Shown here: positions 8,200-17,732 of the stretch, piece by piece
How positions within the stretch are numbered: position 1 is the first letter of the stretch
How the letters are laid out: every line of letters begins with the position of its first letter
Assembly: GCA_964508985.1 (NCBI GenBank)
Contig: CAZDWP010000001.1
Location: forward strand, 1,654 to 44,675
Length of the DNA: 43,022 nucleotides
From: an uncultured Herbinix sp.
GTDB lineage: Bacteria > Bacillota > Clostridia > Lachnospirales > Lachnospiraceae
Direction of reading: 5' to 3'
Program-made: the position numbers and the translations under genes
The notes under the pieces: model-generated
Told to the model about the DNA's origin: nothing
The model's input: only the letters and a program-made list of their open reading frames with translations
Database searches by the model: none

Positions 8200-9846
8200 A
8201 TGATACAAGCTAGTAACATAACATTAAGATTAGGAAAGCGTGCATTGTTTGAGGATGTGAATATCAAATTCACAGAAGGCAACTGCTATGGAATTATCGG
8301 AGCAAATGGTTCCGGTAAGTCAACTTTTCTTAGAATACTAAACGGTCAACTAGAACCTACAAGGGGTGATGTTATAATTACTCCGGGTCAAAGATTGTCC
8401 TTCCTACAGCAGGACCATTTCAAATATGATGCCTTTTTAGTTTTGGATACTGTCATCATGGGTAACCAAAAACTCTATGACATAATGAAGGAAAAGGATG
8501 CTATCTATGCTAAGGAGGATTTTAGCGATGAGGATGGACTCCGTGCCAGCGAGCTTGAGGGTGACTTCGCAGCTATGGACGGCTGGGAGGCAGAGGCCAA
8601 TGCAGCATCCCTTCTAAATGGCTTAGGGGTTGAAACAGGTCTTCATTATAAAATGATGCATGAGCTTAGCGGCAGTGAAAAGGTTAAGGTTCTTTTAGCT
8701 CAAGCACTTTTTGGAAATCCTGACATTCTGCTTCTAGACGAGCCTACTAACCATCTGGATCTAGATGCTATAGGGTGGTTCGAGGAATTTTTGATTAATT
8801 TTGAGAATACGGTGATTGTGGTATCCCATGACCGTTACTTCTTGAATAAGGTATGTACCCATATTGCTGACATAGATTATGCTAAGATTCAGCTTTATGC
8901 CGGAAACTATGATTTCTGGTACGAATCCAGTCAGCTCATGGTAAGACAGATGAAGGAATCCAACAAAAAGAAGGAAGAAAAGATTAAGGAACTACAGGAA
9001 TTTATCCAACGCTTCTCTGCAAATGCTTCAAAATCCAAGCAGGCAACCTCAAGAAAGAAGGCTTTGGAGAAAATAGAGCTGGATGATATACGTCCCTCCA
9101 GCAGAAAATATCCTTATATTGATTTTAGACCAAACAGAGACATCGGTAATGAAGTGCTTACTGTAACTAACATTTCCAAGACTATAGATGGCGTAAAGGT
9201 GCTTGATGACATAAGCTTTATCTTAGGTCATGATGATAAAACAGCCTTTGTCGGACCCGATACCCTAGCTACTACTACTCTATTTAGGATATTGTCAGGG
9301 GAGATTGAGCCTGATGAGGGTACTTATAAATGGGGAATAACCACTAATGTATCTTATTTCCCCAAGGATAATACAAAGCTCTTTGACAGTGACGAGAATA
9401 TTGTGGATTTTCTTATGCCCTACTCTCCTGAAAAGGATGTCACCTATGTTCGAGGCTTTATGGGTAGGATGCTATTTGCCGGCGAGGAAGGCACTAAGAA
9501 GCTTCGTGTACTTTCTGGTGGAGAAAGAGTTCGTGTTATGCTGTCTCGTATGATGATTGCAGGCGCTAACGTACTTATACTCGACGAGCCTACTAACCAT
9601 CTCGACATGGAATCAATTACTTCACTTAATAACGGATTAATCAAATTCCCTGGTGTTTTACTTTTCACCTCGCAGGATCATCAATTTGTCCAGACGACCG
9701 CAAACCGCATTATGGAGATAACACCTCATGGACTTATTGATAAGATTACAACCTATGATGAATACCTTGAAAGCGATGTTATGGCCAGAAAAAGACAGGT
9801 TATGCGCTTTAATGTAGAAGAAGAAATCGAAGATGGTGCTGAATAA
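8200..9846 (+). CDS. ABC-F family ribosome-associated ATPase (YbiT/YkpA-like)
   Basis: Two NBDs and no TM segment. GANGSGKST, LSGSEK, LLLDEPTNHLD, linker FIQRFSANASKSKQATSRKK, LSGGE, ILDEPTNHLD. Confidence 0.9.
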   Translation: MIQASNITLRLGKRALFEDVNIKFTEGNCYGIIGANGSGKSTFLRILNGQLEPTRGDVIITPGQRLSFLQQDHFKYDAFLVLDTVIMGNQKLYDIMKEKDAIYAKEDFSDEDGLRASELEGDFAAMDGWEAEANAASLLNGLGVETGLHYKMMHELSGSEKVKVLLAQALFGNPDILLLDEPTNHLDLDAIGWFEEFLINFENTVIVVSHDRYFLNKVCTHIADIDYAKIQLYAGNYDFWYESSQLMVRQMKESNKKKEEKIKELQEFIQRFSANASKSKQATSRKKALEKIELDDIRPSSRKYPYIDFRPNRDIGNEVLTVTNISKTIDGVKVLDDISFILGHDDKTAFVGPDTLATTTLFRILSGEIEPDEGTYKWGITTNVSYFPKDNTKLFDSDENIVDFLMPYSPEKDVTYVRGFMGRMLFAGEEGTKKLRVLSGGERVRVMLSRMMIAGANVLILDEPTNHLDMESITSLNNGLIKFPGVLLFTSQDHQFVQTTANRIMEITPHGLIDKITTYDEYLESDVMARKRQVMRFNVEEEIEDGAE

Positions 9847-9871
9847 GCACCATCTTGTTAAGGGGGTCGAT

Positions 9872-10627
9872 ATGGATAAGAAAGCAGGTTTTGTACGTAG
9901 AAACTTATCATTGCTTACTTTTATAGCTGTATATCTAGTAATGGCTTTAGTTTTTATCTTCCTAGAGTCATTTCAACCAGAAACACAATGGAATCTTATC
10001 ACAACTCTAGTTCCGTTCTTCCTCTTGGGTGCCATTCTGGACTTTATAGCAAGCAGGAACCATGACATACATATGGGCTATCTTGTATTTGCACAGCTTC
10101 TTCCTATAGGTATATTTCTGCTTTATGGAATCTCGGTCATGCTAATTATTATCGACTGGCCTCCTATAGAATCATTTAATTATTTAATATGGATATTTAT
10201 AGCCATACCCTTTTTTATTACAAGTAATTTTAGAGAGAATTATCGGAATAGAATGCTCAGCTCACTGATTGGAACAGGTCTGGTAGGAGCTGTCTATATC
10301 CAACTAACCACCTTGACAGATGAGCTGGATGAAGGAAATGGTTTGATAGTATATCTTATCTGCATCTTCTTAATGTTTTATGCTGCTTCTGGTCTTAAGA
10401 AATTATTCTATTTGAATTTAATACTGGGCTTTATTGATGCAGCTATATTGGTATTCTTATGGAAGAGTCCTCTTACAGAAGCATCCAAGCTTCATGGTTG
10501 GGATTATGATATAGCATTTAAGTTTGAGCTTTTATTACTCGCCAACTTTATTATATGCATCATCATTTGCCTTGTGGATGTTTTGAAAAGAGAAAAGAAA
10601 AGAAATTATGATAACGCTAATGAATAA
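9872..10627 (+). CDS. Hypothetical polytopic membrane protein (~8 TM)
   Basis: Start reassigned to ATG 9872 after SD AAGGGGG. Alternating hydrophobic helices; no family recognised. Confidence 0.65.
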   Translation: MDKKAGFVRRNLSLLTFIAVYLVMALVFIFLESFQPETQWNLITTLVPFFLLGAILDFIASRNHDIHMGYLVFAQLLPIGIFLLYGISVMLIIIDWPPIESFNYLIWIFIAIPFFITSNFRENYRNRMLSSLIGTGLVGAVYIQLTTLTDELDEGNGLIVYLICIFLMFYAASGLKKLFYLNLILGFIDAAILVFLWKSPLTEASKLHGWDYDIAFKFELLLLANFIICIIICLVDVLKREKKRNYDNANE

Positions 10628-12317
10628 TACGTGCTTCTCCGTTTTCATCCACTGCAGTAATCTTAAATGAATAATCTATTAAGTCAGCTTTTAATGTAGC
10701 ACTAGAAGAATTATTTTCCCAATGTAGTTCAAGTATATGTGGTTCGTTATTAAACACCTGTAATTTTGCATCAAAACCAAATGCAGGAAAGGTGTTTCTA
10801 AATCTAAGTAACTCTAGCTGCTTTCTTACAACATCTTTCTTTAGCCCACCCATAACTTGCTCCATAGTCAAATTAGTGCGATTTATCTCCTTGTGTCCAC
10901 CGGATCCTTCCCTTTTTACAGCCTCATAGTCATTTGTTCCTGCGAAAAGATCCAAATACCATACCTGGGGAATTCCTGGCATGAATATTTGTATCGCCCT
11001 AGCTAGTAGGAGTTTTCTTTCATCCTCTCCTAAGGCACTGAAATAGGTGGCATTAACTTGATAATATATATTTTTCTTACCATGCAAATCCTTTACTAAT
11101 CCGCCTCTATCTATAACTGTATTAATTAGCCTATCAATCTGTTCATCGGGTATCAATCCCTTTAAATCCAGTAGAGGAATGCCATCATGGCATCCAAGCA
11201 TATTGACAGTCATAATATTCTTTTCAATCAAATCATTAATCCACCTAATTATGTGCTCATTATTCCTGTTCTCAAATGCATCAATAATTAAGCCCGGTAG
11301 AAAGAAGTCGTAAGTTATATAGCCCTTTTCAGCCAGTTTTTCATGAACTTTCTCTTCAAATTTAGAATGTATCTCTGGTAATAGTCTTAAATCATATTTG
11401 TTAGCCAGTTCCTTGACACGCCCTAGCAGATCCCACGTTCCCGGATCATTAAGGAAATTTCTTTCACCAGGTTCCTTTGGAGCATAGGCAAAAGCATCAA
11501 GCCTAACAATTGCCGCCCCGTATTCTTTGAGTTTTTTTAGTGTATCATCATAAAACTCCCATACCAGCGGAGATTTGATATTCAGGTCCATCTGACCCAG
11601 ATACTGTCTGCCCTCTTCTAAGATCTTAATTACATCATCTCTATATCCTTCAAAGCCTTGGAAATCTATCTCTTGTGGGTATCTACCTTCTTCTAAAGCC
11701 TTATTAACTAAGGTCTCTATCTTGCTGGCTGTAACATATTGTATACCTAAAGCTCTTATAAGCTCATAGCTACTGATTTTACTGTATCCGACTTCCTGAT
11801 AGAAGGTATTCCAGTATGGTGTTTCCTGTCCATCGGGCATACGCACCTTTAGTATTGGAAGTCCAGGCTTTCTGAAAAACATATTCTGAAGCAATTCGTC
11901 ATAAGGGCGAATATAACCTTCTTCGGTCATTTCACCATATCCATCCCAGAATTTATTCCAGTTAATGAAGAAATCTTTGTATATAGACTTCTCTCCGTTG
12001 GTTATAATATCTTGAAATTGCTTTGATAATACCGAACAGTGATTTAAGATAAAATCAAACTTTAGAACCATATTCAAGTCCTTAAGCTTTTGCAAATCAT
12101 GGGTGCTAGCATAAGCCTCATTAAGCTCGTAGTCAATCACAGAAAATCCCCGGTCCAAATCAGTGTTAAATATACTTGGCAATATATAAAATGCTTGAAA
12201 CACATCTTCAAATTCTTTGGTTTGAAGTAGTTTTATACAGTCATCTAAAGCCACGCCTATACTATCAGGATAGGCATTTAGCATGGGACCTGCATGTAAT
12301 AATTCTTGCTTTTTCAT
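10617..12317 (-). CDS. GH13_18 glycoside phosphorylase, probably sucrose-6F-phosphate phosphorylase-like
   Basis: DRGF, DFILNH, nucleophile RLDAFAY, acid/base PEIH, CHDGI, acceptor loops FFRKP and KNIYYQVN, PGIPQVWY, EINR. Confidence 0.8.
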   Translation of the reverse strand: MKKQELLHAGPMLNAYPDSIGVALDDCIKLLQTKEFEDVFQAFYILPSIFNTDLDRGFSVIDYELNEAYASTHDLQKLKDLNMVLKFDFILNHCSVLSKQFQDIITNGEKSIYKDFFINWNKFWDGYGEMTEEGYIRPYDELLQNMFFRKPGLPILKVRMPDGQETPYWNTFYQEVGYSKISSYELIRALGIQYVTASKIETLVNKALEEGRYPQEIDFQGFEGYRDDVIKILEEGRQYLGQMDLNIKSPLVWEFYDDTLKKLKEYGAAIVRLDAFAYAPKEPGERNFLNDPGTWDLLGRVKELANKYDLRLLPEIHSKFEEKVHEKLAEKGYITYDFFLPGLIIDAFENRNNEHIIRWINDLIEKNIMTVNMLGCHDGIPLLDLKGLIPDEQIDRLINTVIDRGGLVKDLHGKKNIYYQVNATYFSALGEDERKLLLARAIQIFMPGIPQVWYLDLFAGTNDYEAVKREGSGGHKEINRTNLTMEQVMGGLKKDVVRKQLELLRFRNTFPAFGFDAKLQVFNNEPHILELHWENNSSSATLKADLIDYSFKITAVDENGEARIIH

Positions 12318-12384
12318 ATTCTTTCACATTCCTTTGAGTATGTTACAACCAACATAAATAACATAAATTATTCCTTCATATTAT

Positions 12385-13329
12385 CTATAATAGCTGTCCA
12401 TTAGTCATTAGCTTAATATAGTCATTGTAAGATAACATATCACCACTTTTTGACACTATTAGCTTGGCTTTTAAAGCCTGTGAAACTAGCAAATCCTGCT
12501 CTATGCCAAGTACTAATGATGTAAATGGACTATCTAATGCCCCATCTCTATTACGAGCTTTTCGATGCTGAAGCGTCTCCTCTGGGGTGCTATTTAGCAA
12601 AACAGGGATATCCACTCCCTGAAGATTATCATTATTTCCATGAGTCCATTCAATTATCATTACACTCTTACTTGTAAAGTCAACGGCTTCATACCATAAC
12701 TCGGTTTCCTCTCTTCCCATTCTTTTTAGTAAGATTTTTTCTGCCCCATTCTTAAATTGCGATATAATATTTGTAAGCTCGCTGAAGTTAATTTCATTAG
12801 GAGTACCTAGATAATTTTTAAGTCCATTTCTTCCGGAAGACTGGTATATATAAAGCCATGGGTATTCTTTTACTAATTCAGGATTAGAATCTCGATCGAT
12901 TTTTTGTAGTTCTATGAGTTTTTTACCAATTTCTTCAGTATACTCTCCATAGGATATGAGTCCCATAAGAGCGCATTGTCTAAAAACCCTTAGTCTTTCA
13001 GCATCATTATACTTAGGAATTCTATGTGGGTAGTTATCTCCTGATAATGTATAACTACCTATATTCATAATGTTTAGGTAATAAGAAAGTAGGGATGCTA
13101 TCTCTGATTTTCCCACCCCAGAACCTCCACATACAGCGACAACCGCCCTATGCTGCTTATGTTCTTTTACAGCAGGAATAAGAATATCAAGAAGCTTCGG
13201 AAGGATCACCTTTGCTTTCTTAATATGATCTTCATTAATTTCTATCTTGTCACCAGGCATATCGCCTTTGGGAACCTTGTCAATATCTATCTTTTTGCTA
13301 CTATAAGATTCACTATTTATATTATGCAT
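12385..13329 (-). CDS. P-loop kinase (uridine-kinase-like fold), putative sucrose kinase
   Basis: Walker A GGSGVGKS, LSGDNY, Walker-B-like MIIEWTH, lid R..RNRD; directly upstream of the GH13_18 gene. Confidence 0.7.
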   Translation of the reverse strand: MHNINSESYSSKKIDIDKVPKGDMPGDKIEINEDHIKKAKVILPKLLDILIPAVKEHKQHRAVVAVCGGSGVGKSEIASLLSYYLNIMNIGSYTLSGDNYPHRIPKYNDAERLRVFRQCALMGLISYGEYTEEIGKKLIELQKIDRDSNPELVKEYPWLYIYQSSGRNGLKNYLGTPNEINFSELTNIISQFKNGAEKILLKRMGREETELWYEAVDFTSKSVMIIEWTHGNNDNLQGVDIPVLLNSTPEETLQHRKARNRDGALDSPFTSLVLGIEQDLLVSQALKAKLIVSKSGDMLSYNDYIKLMTNGQLL

Positions 13330-13377
13330 GCAAAAAGCTCCTTTTCCTATGTCTTTCTATAATAGTTACCTGTGTAG

Positions 13378-14172
13378 CTAACCAATAAGCCATTTAATTG
13401 AGGGCTCCAAATAATAATTCCAGAAGTCCCAATTATGAATACCCGGACTTTCTATATATTCAACATCTACTTCCTCTTCTTGTAAGAACTTGTGAAAAGC
13501 CCTGTTTTCCTCGATCAGAAAATCCTCTGTGCCACAAGCCATATATATATCAGGTATCATCTTTTTTTTCTTTTTCAATACATGTATAAGGTATTCAGGA
13601 TTATTTACACTGGTTTCAAGTTTGTTAAGATCGCCAAATACTGATGTATAGTATACGTAATCCGCAATTGCATCTTCAAAATCTTCTGCCTTGTTCTTAA
13701 TATTATGAATAATCAGTGCAGATGAAAAGGCAACAATTTTTCCAAATGTCTCGGGATAATATAATCCAGTATGGATAGCTCCAAAACCACCCATGGAAAG
13801 ACCTCCTATAAAGGTATCTTCTTTATCCATAGATAGATTAAAGGTATTCCTTACATAATCAACTAACTCCTGTCCAACATACCTACAGTATGCTCTTCCT
13901 TTTCCTTGTCCATCTAAATAGAAGCTATTATCACCAGTAGGCATAACAATAGCTATATTATATTTTACTGCTAATTCCTGCGCCAAGCTTCCAAGAAGCC
14001 AATCCTTACTAGCGCCTGAATAACCATGCAGTAAGAACAACGTTTTCATCTTCCTATTATAATTCTTATTGCCCTTTGTCATCATCTCGGGAACATCATT
14101 AGGTAGTACCATGTGAAAACTGGTGCTTTTTTCTAATGCTTTTGAAAAAACATCGACTTGTAATATAGCCAT
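13378..14172 (-). CDS. Alpha/beta-hydrolase esterase (CE1 / tributyrin esterase / XynC-like), cytoplasmic
   Basis: LLHGYSG, nucleophile GLSMGG, ACGTEDFL (Asp), PGIHNWDFW (His). Start at ATG 14172 after GGAGG. Confidence 0.88.
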   Translation of the reverse strand: MAILQVDVFSKALEKSTSFHMVLPNDVPEMMTKGNKNYNRKMKTLFLLHGYSGASKDWLLGSLAQELAVKYNIAIVMPTGDNSFYLDGQGKGRAYCRYVGQELVDYVRNTFNLSMDKEDTFIGGLSMGGFGAIHTGLYYPETFGKIVAFSSALIIHNIKNKAEDFEDAIADYVYYTSVFGDLNKLETSVNNPEYLIHVLKKKKKMIPDIYMACGTEDFLIEENRAFHKFLQEEEVDVEYIESPGIHNWDFWNYYLEPSIKWLIG

Positions 14173-14232
14173 ACATACCTCCATATAAATGTATTTTATA
14201 TATTAAAATAAAACCGTAGCCCTGTACATTTA

Positions 14233-15057
14233 TTATAAATACTTAAAGGGTTCCTTAGAATCCACAAATAGAATTTCTATATTTGGTACAATATCCTGCA
14301 TCCATAAGCCCAAGTGCTTCATTCCTGGCTCTTCGGTTCTTTCATGCCCTAGTACCAGCATACCTTTATTCAATCCAAGATCTGCAGCGTCTCTAACATA
14401 GGCACTGGTAGTCCACTCGGTAATTTCACCACAAATTAATAGATCCAGATTATTCTCATTCATTAATACCATCGGTAATTCTTCTCTTCCTAATCCTAGG
14501 CTTCCGCCTCCAACAAGAACACTTACGCGCCGAACTTTCATATTAGGATTACCAACGATTTGAATCACCTTCATGTCTAGCTTATCTTTAAAGAAGTTAC
14601 ATAGCTTCTCTAGTGTAGTCTCAGGAATCTCATAGCAGGTTCCAAAGTGATTTAGTGTACCGGGATTACTAATCTTATATTCTGTCCATCCTATTTCTTT
14701 ATCAAAGCCTCTATAGATTCCATCTTCATCTCCCATATGCATATGATCATGGAACCTCCATATGGCTATATTATTCTGGTCGATTAACTGCTTCTTCTTA
14801 TGATAGACCGGGTCATTTTCCAGCCAATCAGTTTTATCAATTCCTGTGAACCATGTAGGCTCGTGGGTTATTATTAGATTAGCTCCTATCTCTATAGCCT
14901 CTTTTATTACCTCAACAGTAGCCATAAAGGTTGTTACAATCTTAGTTACCTCCATGTCATAGCTGCCACACATCAAGTGATCACAAGTTTTATCGTGAGG
15001 CAATGGTTCTAGTCCAGTTTTTTTTATTATACCATCAATAACTTCCTTGACAGTCAT
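14233..15057 (-). CDS. Nif3/YbgI-like dinuclear metal-centre protein
   Basis: IITHEP, RFHDHMH and LGHERTEEPG metal-ligand motifs. Confidence 0.82.
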   Translation of the reverse strand: MTVKEVIDGIIKKTGLEPLPHDKTCDHLMCGSYDMEVTKIVTTFMATVEVIKEAIEIGANLIITHEPTWFTGIDKTDWLENDPVYHKKKQLIDQNNIAIWRFHDHMHMGDEDGIYRGFDKEIGWTEYKISNPGTLNHFGTCYEIPETTLEKLCNFFKDKLDMKVIQIVGNPNMKVRRVSVLVGGGSLGLGREELPMVLMNENNLDLLICGEITEWTTSAYVRDAADLGLNKGMLVLGHERTEEPGMKHLGLWMQDIVPNIEILFVDSKEPFKYL

Positions 15058-15105
15058 ATTCTTCCTCCTTTAATAAAGATATTTCCTGGCTACATGGGGA
15101 GAATT

Positions 15106-16296
15106 TTATCCCTCCATTATCAATTCTAGTGGTACTGCCTTAGCCATTCTTAGGCCACCTTCTTCATTGGGATGTATGCCATCTCCAAGATGACAGCTAT
15201 CATCCATGATCTCAGTTGTATATGTATCTCTTATAGCTAAATCAAAATCAACAATACCATCAGCTTCCTTTTGTTCTCTAATCCATCTATTAGCCTCTTG
15301 TCGTAGGCTCTCTGCTTTATCAAACCATTTCAATTCATCTTTCTTAAAGGGTAAGACTGTACCTATAAGAATTTTACTTCCCTTTGTATGGGCTGTATGT
15401 ATCAGCTTCATTATACCCTCTTTATATTCCTCTATGGTAATTATCTCATCACTGCGATCGAAAAAATATGGATGAGTAAAATCATTTATTCCTATCAGCA
15501 CCACCACATAATCAGGTATATCCATTTGATATATATCATATATAAATCGCTCTATTCCAGGCCTCCCAAAGATTGTCCCTCCTCCGGGAATCTCTGGCAT
15601 CCGAGTATAATCATTCAGTAGCCTATTACCACCCAGACCGCGATTTACTATAGTTAGTTTGCCTGGATATGCATCTGTCATCATATGAGTCAAAGCATCG
15701 CTATAATAGGACATATGAGTTATAGAGTCTCCAAATAGTGCTAATGTCTTAACATCACTCTCAGTAAATACCTCAATCCCACTAATACCATAGATATGAT
15801 TAGCCCTGTTTTCATCATACTGTAAGGCAGGATACAACTCATAGTTGTCTGTTTCGGGGAATTCACCTTCCAAGGTAAAGTTCCCATCCAAACCATATCT
15901 GGTATACCAGCTTTTTGCCGACCAAGTTGAGCATAATGAATATAGCTTTGTAGGTTCATTTATAAAGATAGATATAACAATATCCTCTGATGAACTTATA
16001 GAAAAATCGATCTCATCACTATAGAATTGCTCACCGGATCCAACACTTATAGTATCTCTTCCTTTATATCTTATAGTCTGAAAGCCCTCTATATTCGAGC
16101 TGTTCTTAGTCCTTTTTGCTATCGTTACCTTATCAAGTATAAGCTGCTCAGGTGAATAAAGATTAGAAAATCTAATCCTTATTTTATCTCCCTTTAGATT
16201 ATTAACAAAAAAACCTCTTAATGTTGTATTACTAATCCTTGCAATACATGAATTATAATTTACAGGCAAATAGCTCCACGCCATTTTCCATTCCAT
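15106..16296 (-). CDS. SGNH/GDSL hydrolase (esterase) with N-terminal beta domain
   Basis: Block I GDSIT, block II GLGGNR, block III IGIND, block V GDGIHP. Confidence 0.9.
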   Translation of the reverse strand: MEWKMAWSYLPVNYNSCIARISNTTLRGFFVNNLKGDKIRIRFSNLYSPEQLILDKVTIAKRTKNSSNIEGFQTIRYKGRDTISVGSGEQFYSDEIDFSISSSEDIVISIFINEPTKLYSLCSTWSAKSWYTRYGLDGNFTLEGEFPETDNYELYPALQYDENRANHIYGISGIEVFTESDVKTLALFGDSITHMSYYSDALTHMMTDAYPGKLTIVNRGLGGNRLLNDYTRMPEIPGGGTIFGRPGIERFIYDIYQMDIPDYVVVLIGINDFTHPYFFDRSDEIITIEEYKEGIMKLIHTAHTKGSKILIGTVLPFKKDELKWFDKAESLRQEANRWIREQKEADGIVDFDLAIRDTYTTEIMDDSCHLGDGIHPNEEGGLRMAKAVPLELIMEG

Positions 16297-16315
16297 AGGT
16301 TCACCTTCCTACACT

Positions 16316-16732
16316 TTAACTAAGTTTATATACTGTAATTATAACCTGACCTTCTTCATTCCCGGCATCAAGAGAAGCGACATATACTCCATAATTAATC
16401 CAAGCATATTTCCCTTTCATATCTGCTTTAAAGCTAGGTCTTGTCTTAATCCTGTCGTTCGTATCAGTTTTGATTATTCCTTCATTTTGTACATCGATAT
16501 ATTCACCATCTGATGTTCGTAATACGTATTTTGCAAATACATGGGCTAGATTTGAATCTAGAGTGGTATTCCAATCGGCTCCGCCGGGAACCACTTCACC
16601 ACTGATTTTGCCAGTGACGGTCCCGCCTATAATTGGTATAACTCGAAGATAGCCTCTTCCTTCATCCTTAATGTCAAGATTCTTGCTACATTGCACATGT
16701 ATAGTCATAATGTGTTCCGATTCTAGATTCAT
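16316..16732 (-). CDS. DUF3237 (UPF0311) family protein
   Basis: RVIPIIGGTVTG, GEVVPGGADW, AKYVLRTSDGEYI.VQNEG, T.PSF, KYAWIN. Start at ATG 16732 after GGAGG. Confidence 0.85.
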   Translation of the reverse strand: MNLESEHIMTIHVQCSKNLDIKDEGRGYLRVIPIIGGTVTGKISGEVVPGGADWNTTLDSNLAHVFAKYVLRTSDGEYIDVQNEGIIKTDTNDRIKTRPSFKADMKGKYAWINYGVYVASLDAGNEEGQVIITVYKLS

Positions 16733-16781
16733 TATAAAGCCTCCCATATAAAGAAATGTTCATTGGTCTTTGGTTCTCTCA

Positions 16782-17672
16782 TCAACCTTTTACTGCTCCC
16801 ACAACAACTCCCTTAATAAAATACTTCTGTAAAAAGGGATATATTATTAATATTGGTAGAATTCCTATCACAGCCATCGCCATTCTTACAGAAGTACCTG
16901 GCAAATTCATATTTCCAACTCCAAGCAAATTAGAGGAACCGGATTTTAAGAATTGCACATTATTCATTATCTTAATAAGCAAGTTCTGTATACCAAAATA
17001 CTCCGATTTTGTAATATAGTACAATCCATTAAGCCAATCGTTCCAATAAATCAGTGCTGTAAATAAACTGATAGTGGCTACAGTAGGTACCGATAGGGGT
17101 ATTATAATCTTCCAAAAAGTACGTAATTCAGTTGCTCCATCAATCTGAGCAGATTCTATAATAGCTTCTGGGACATTATTAGCATAATAATTTCTAACCA
17201 AGAATACATTAAAAGCTGTTACCAAATAATTAGGTAATATCAAAGCCCAGATAGAGTTTTTTATGCTAAATATATTAGTCCACATCATATAGCTAGATAC
17301 AATACCACCATTGAATAGCATAGTAAAAAATACAAAAAACGAAAGTATATTTCTATACTTGAAGCTCTTTCTTGACATTGGGTAAGCCAACATGGTAGTA
17401 AATAAAACACTCGTTAATGTTCCAATAGCTGTAACCAATATAGTTACACCATATGCTCTAAAAATTAGCTTTCCTTGATTAATCATATAGTAATACGCAT
17501 TTAAGCTCCATGCCTTTGGAAAATAAGAATAGCCATAAGAGATTAAAGCTTTTTCATCGGTAAAGGAAGCTATAACTATTAATATAATAGGTAGTAGCGT
17601 TATTACCATCAGTATTGTAAGTACTATTGTGGCAAATCCTCTGAATCTTTTTTCGTCTGTCATTTTAAACAT
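16782..17672 (-). CDS. Carbohydrate ABC transporter permease (MalG/LplC-like)
   Basis: EAA loop IIESAQIDGA, WNDW, YPFLQKYFIKGVVVGAVKG. Confidence 0.93.
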   Translation of the reverse strand: MFKMTDEKRFRGFATIVLTILMVITLLPIILIVIASFTDEKALISYGYSYFPKAWSLNAYYYMINQGKLIFRAYGVTILVTAIGTLTSVLFTTMLAYPMSRKSFKYRNILSFFVFFTMLFNGGIVSSYMMWTNIFSIKNSIWALILPNYLVTAFNVFLVRNYYANNVPEAIIESAQIDGATELRTFWKIIIPLSVPTVATISLFTALIYWNDWLNGLYYITKSEYFGIQNLLIKIMNNVQFLKSGSSNLLGVGNMNLPGTSVRMAMAVIGILPILIIYPFLQKYFIKGVVVGAVKG

Positions 17673-17732
17673 TATATTCTCCTAAATATAGTATAAAAAT
17701 ATGAGTGTTTTTATAAGGTAGGATGTCTCTTC

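Noticed and set aside
12385-13329. Adenylylsulfate kinase or uridine kinase assignment
   Set aside because: No sulfate-assimilation or nucleoside-salvage context, and only the generic P-loop is shared; the context points to a sugar substrate.
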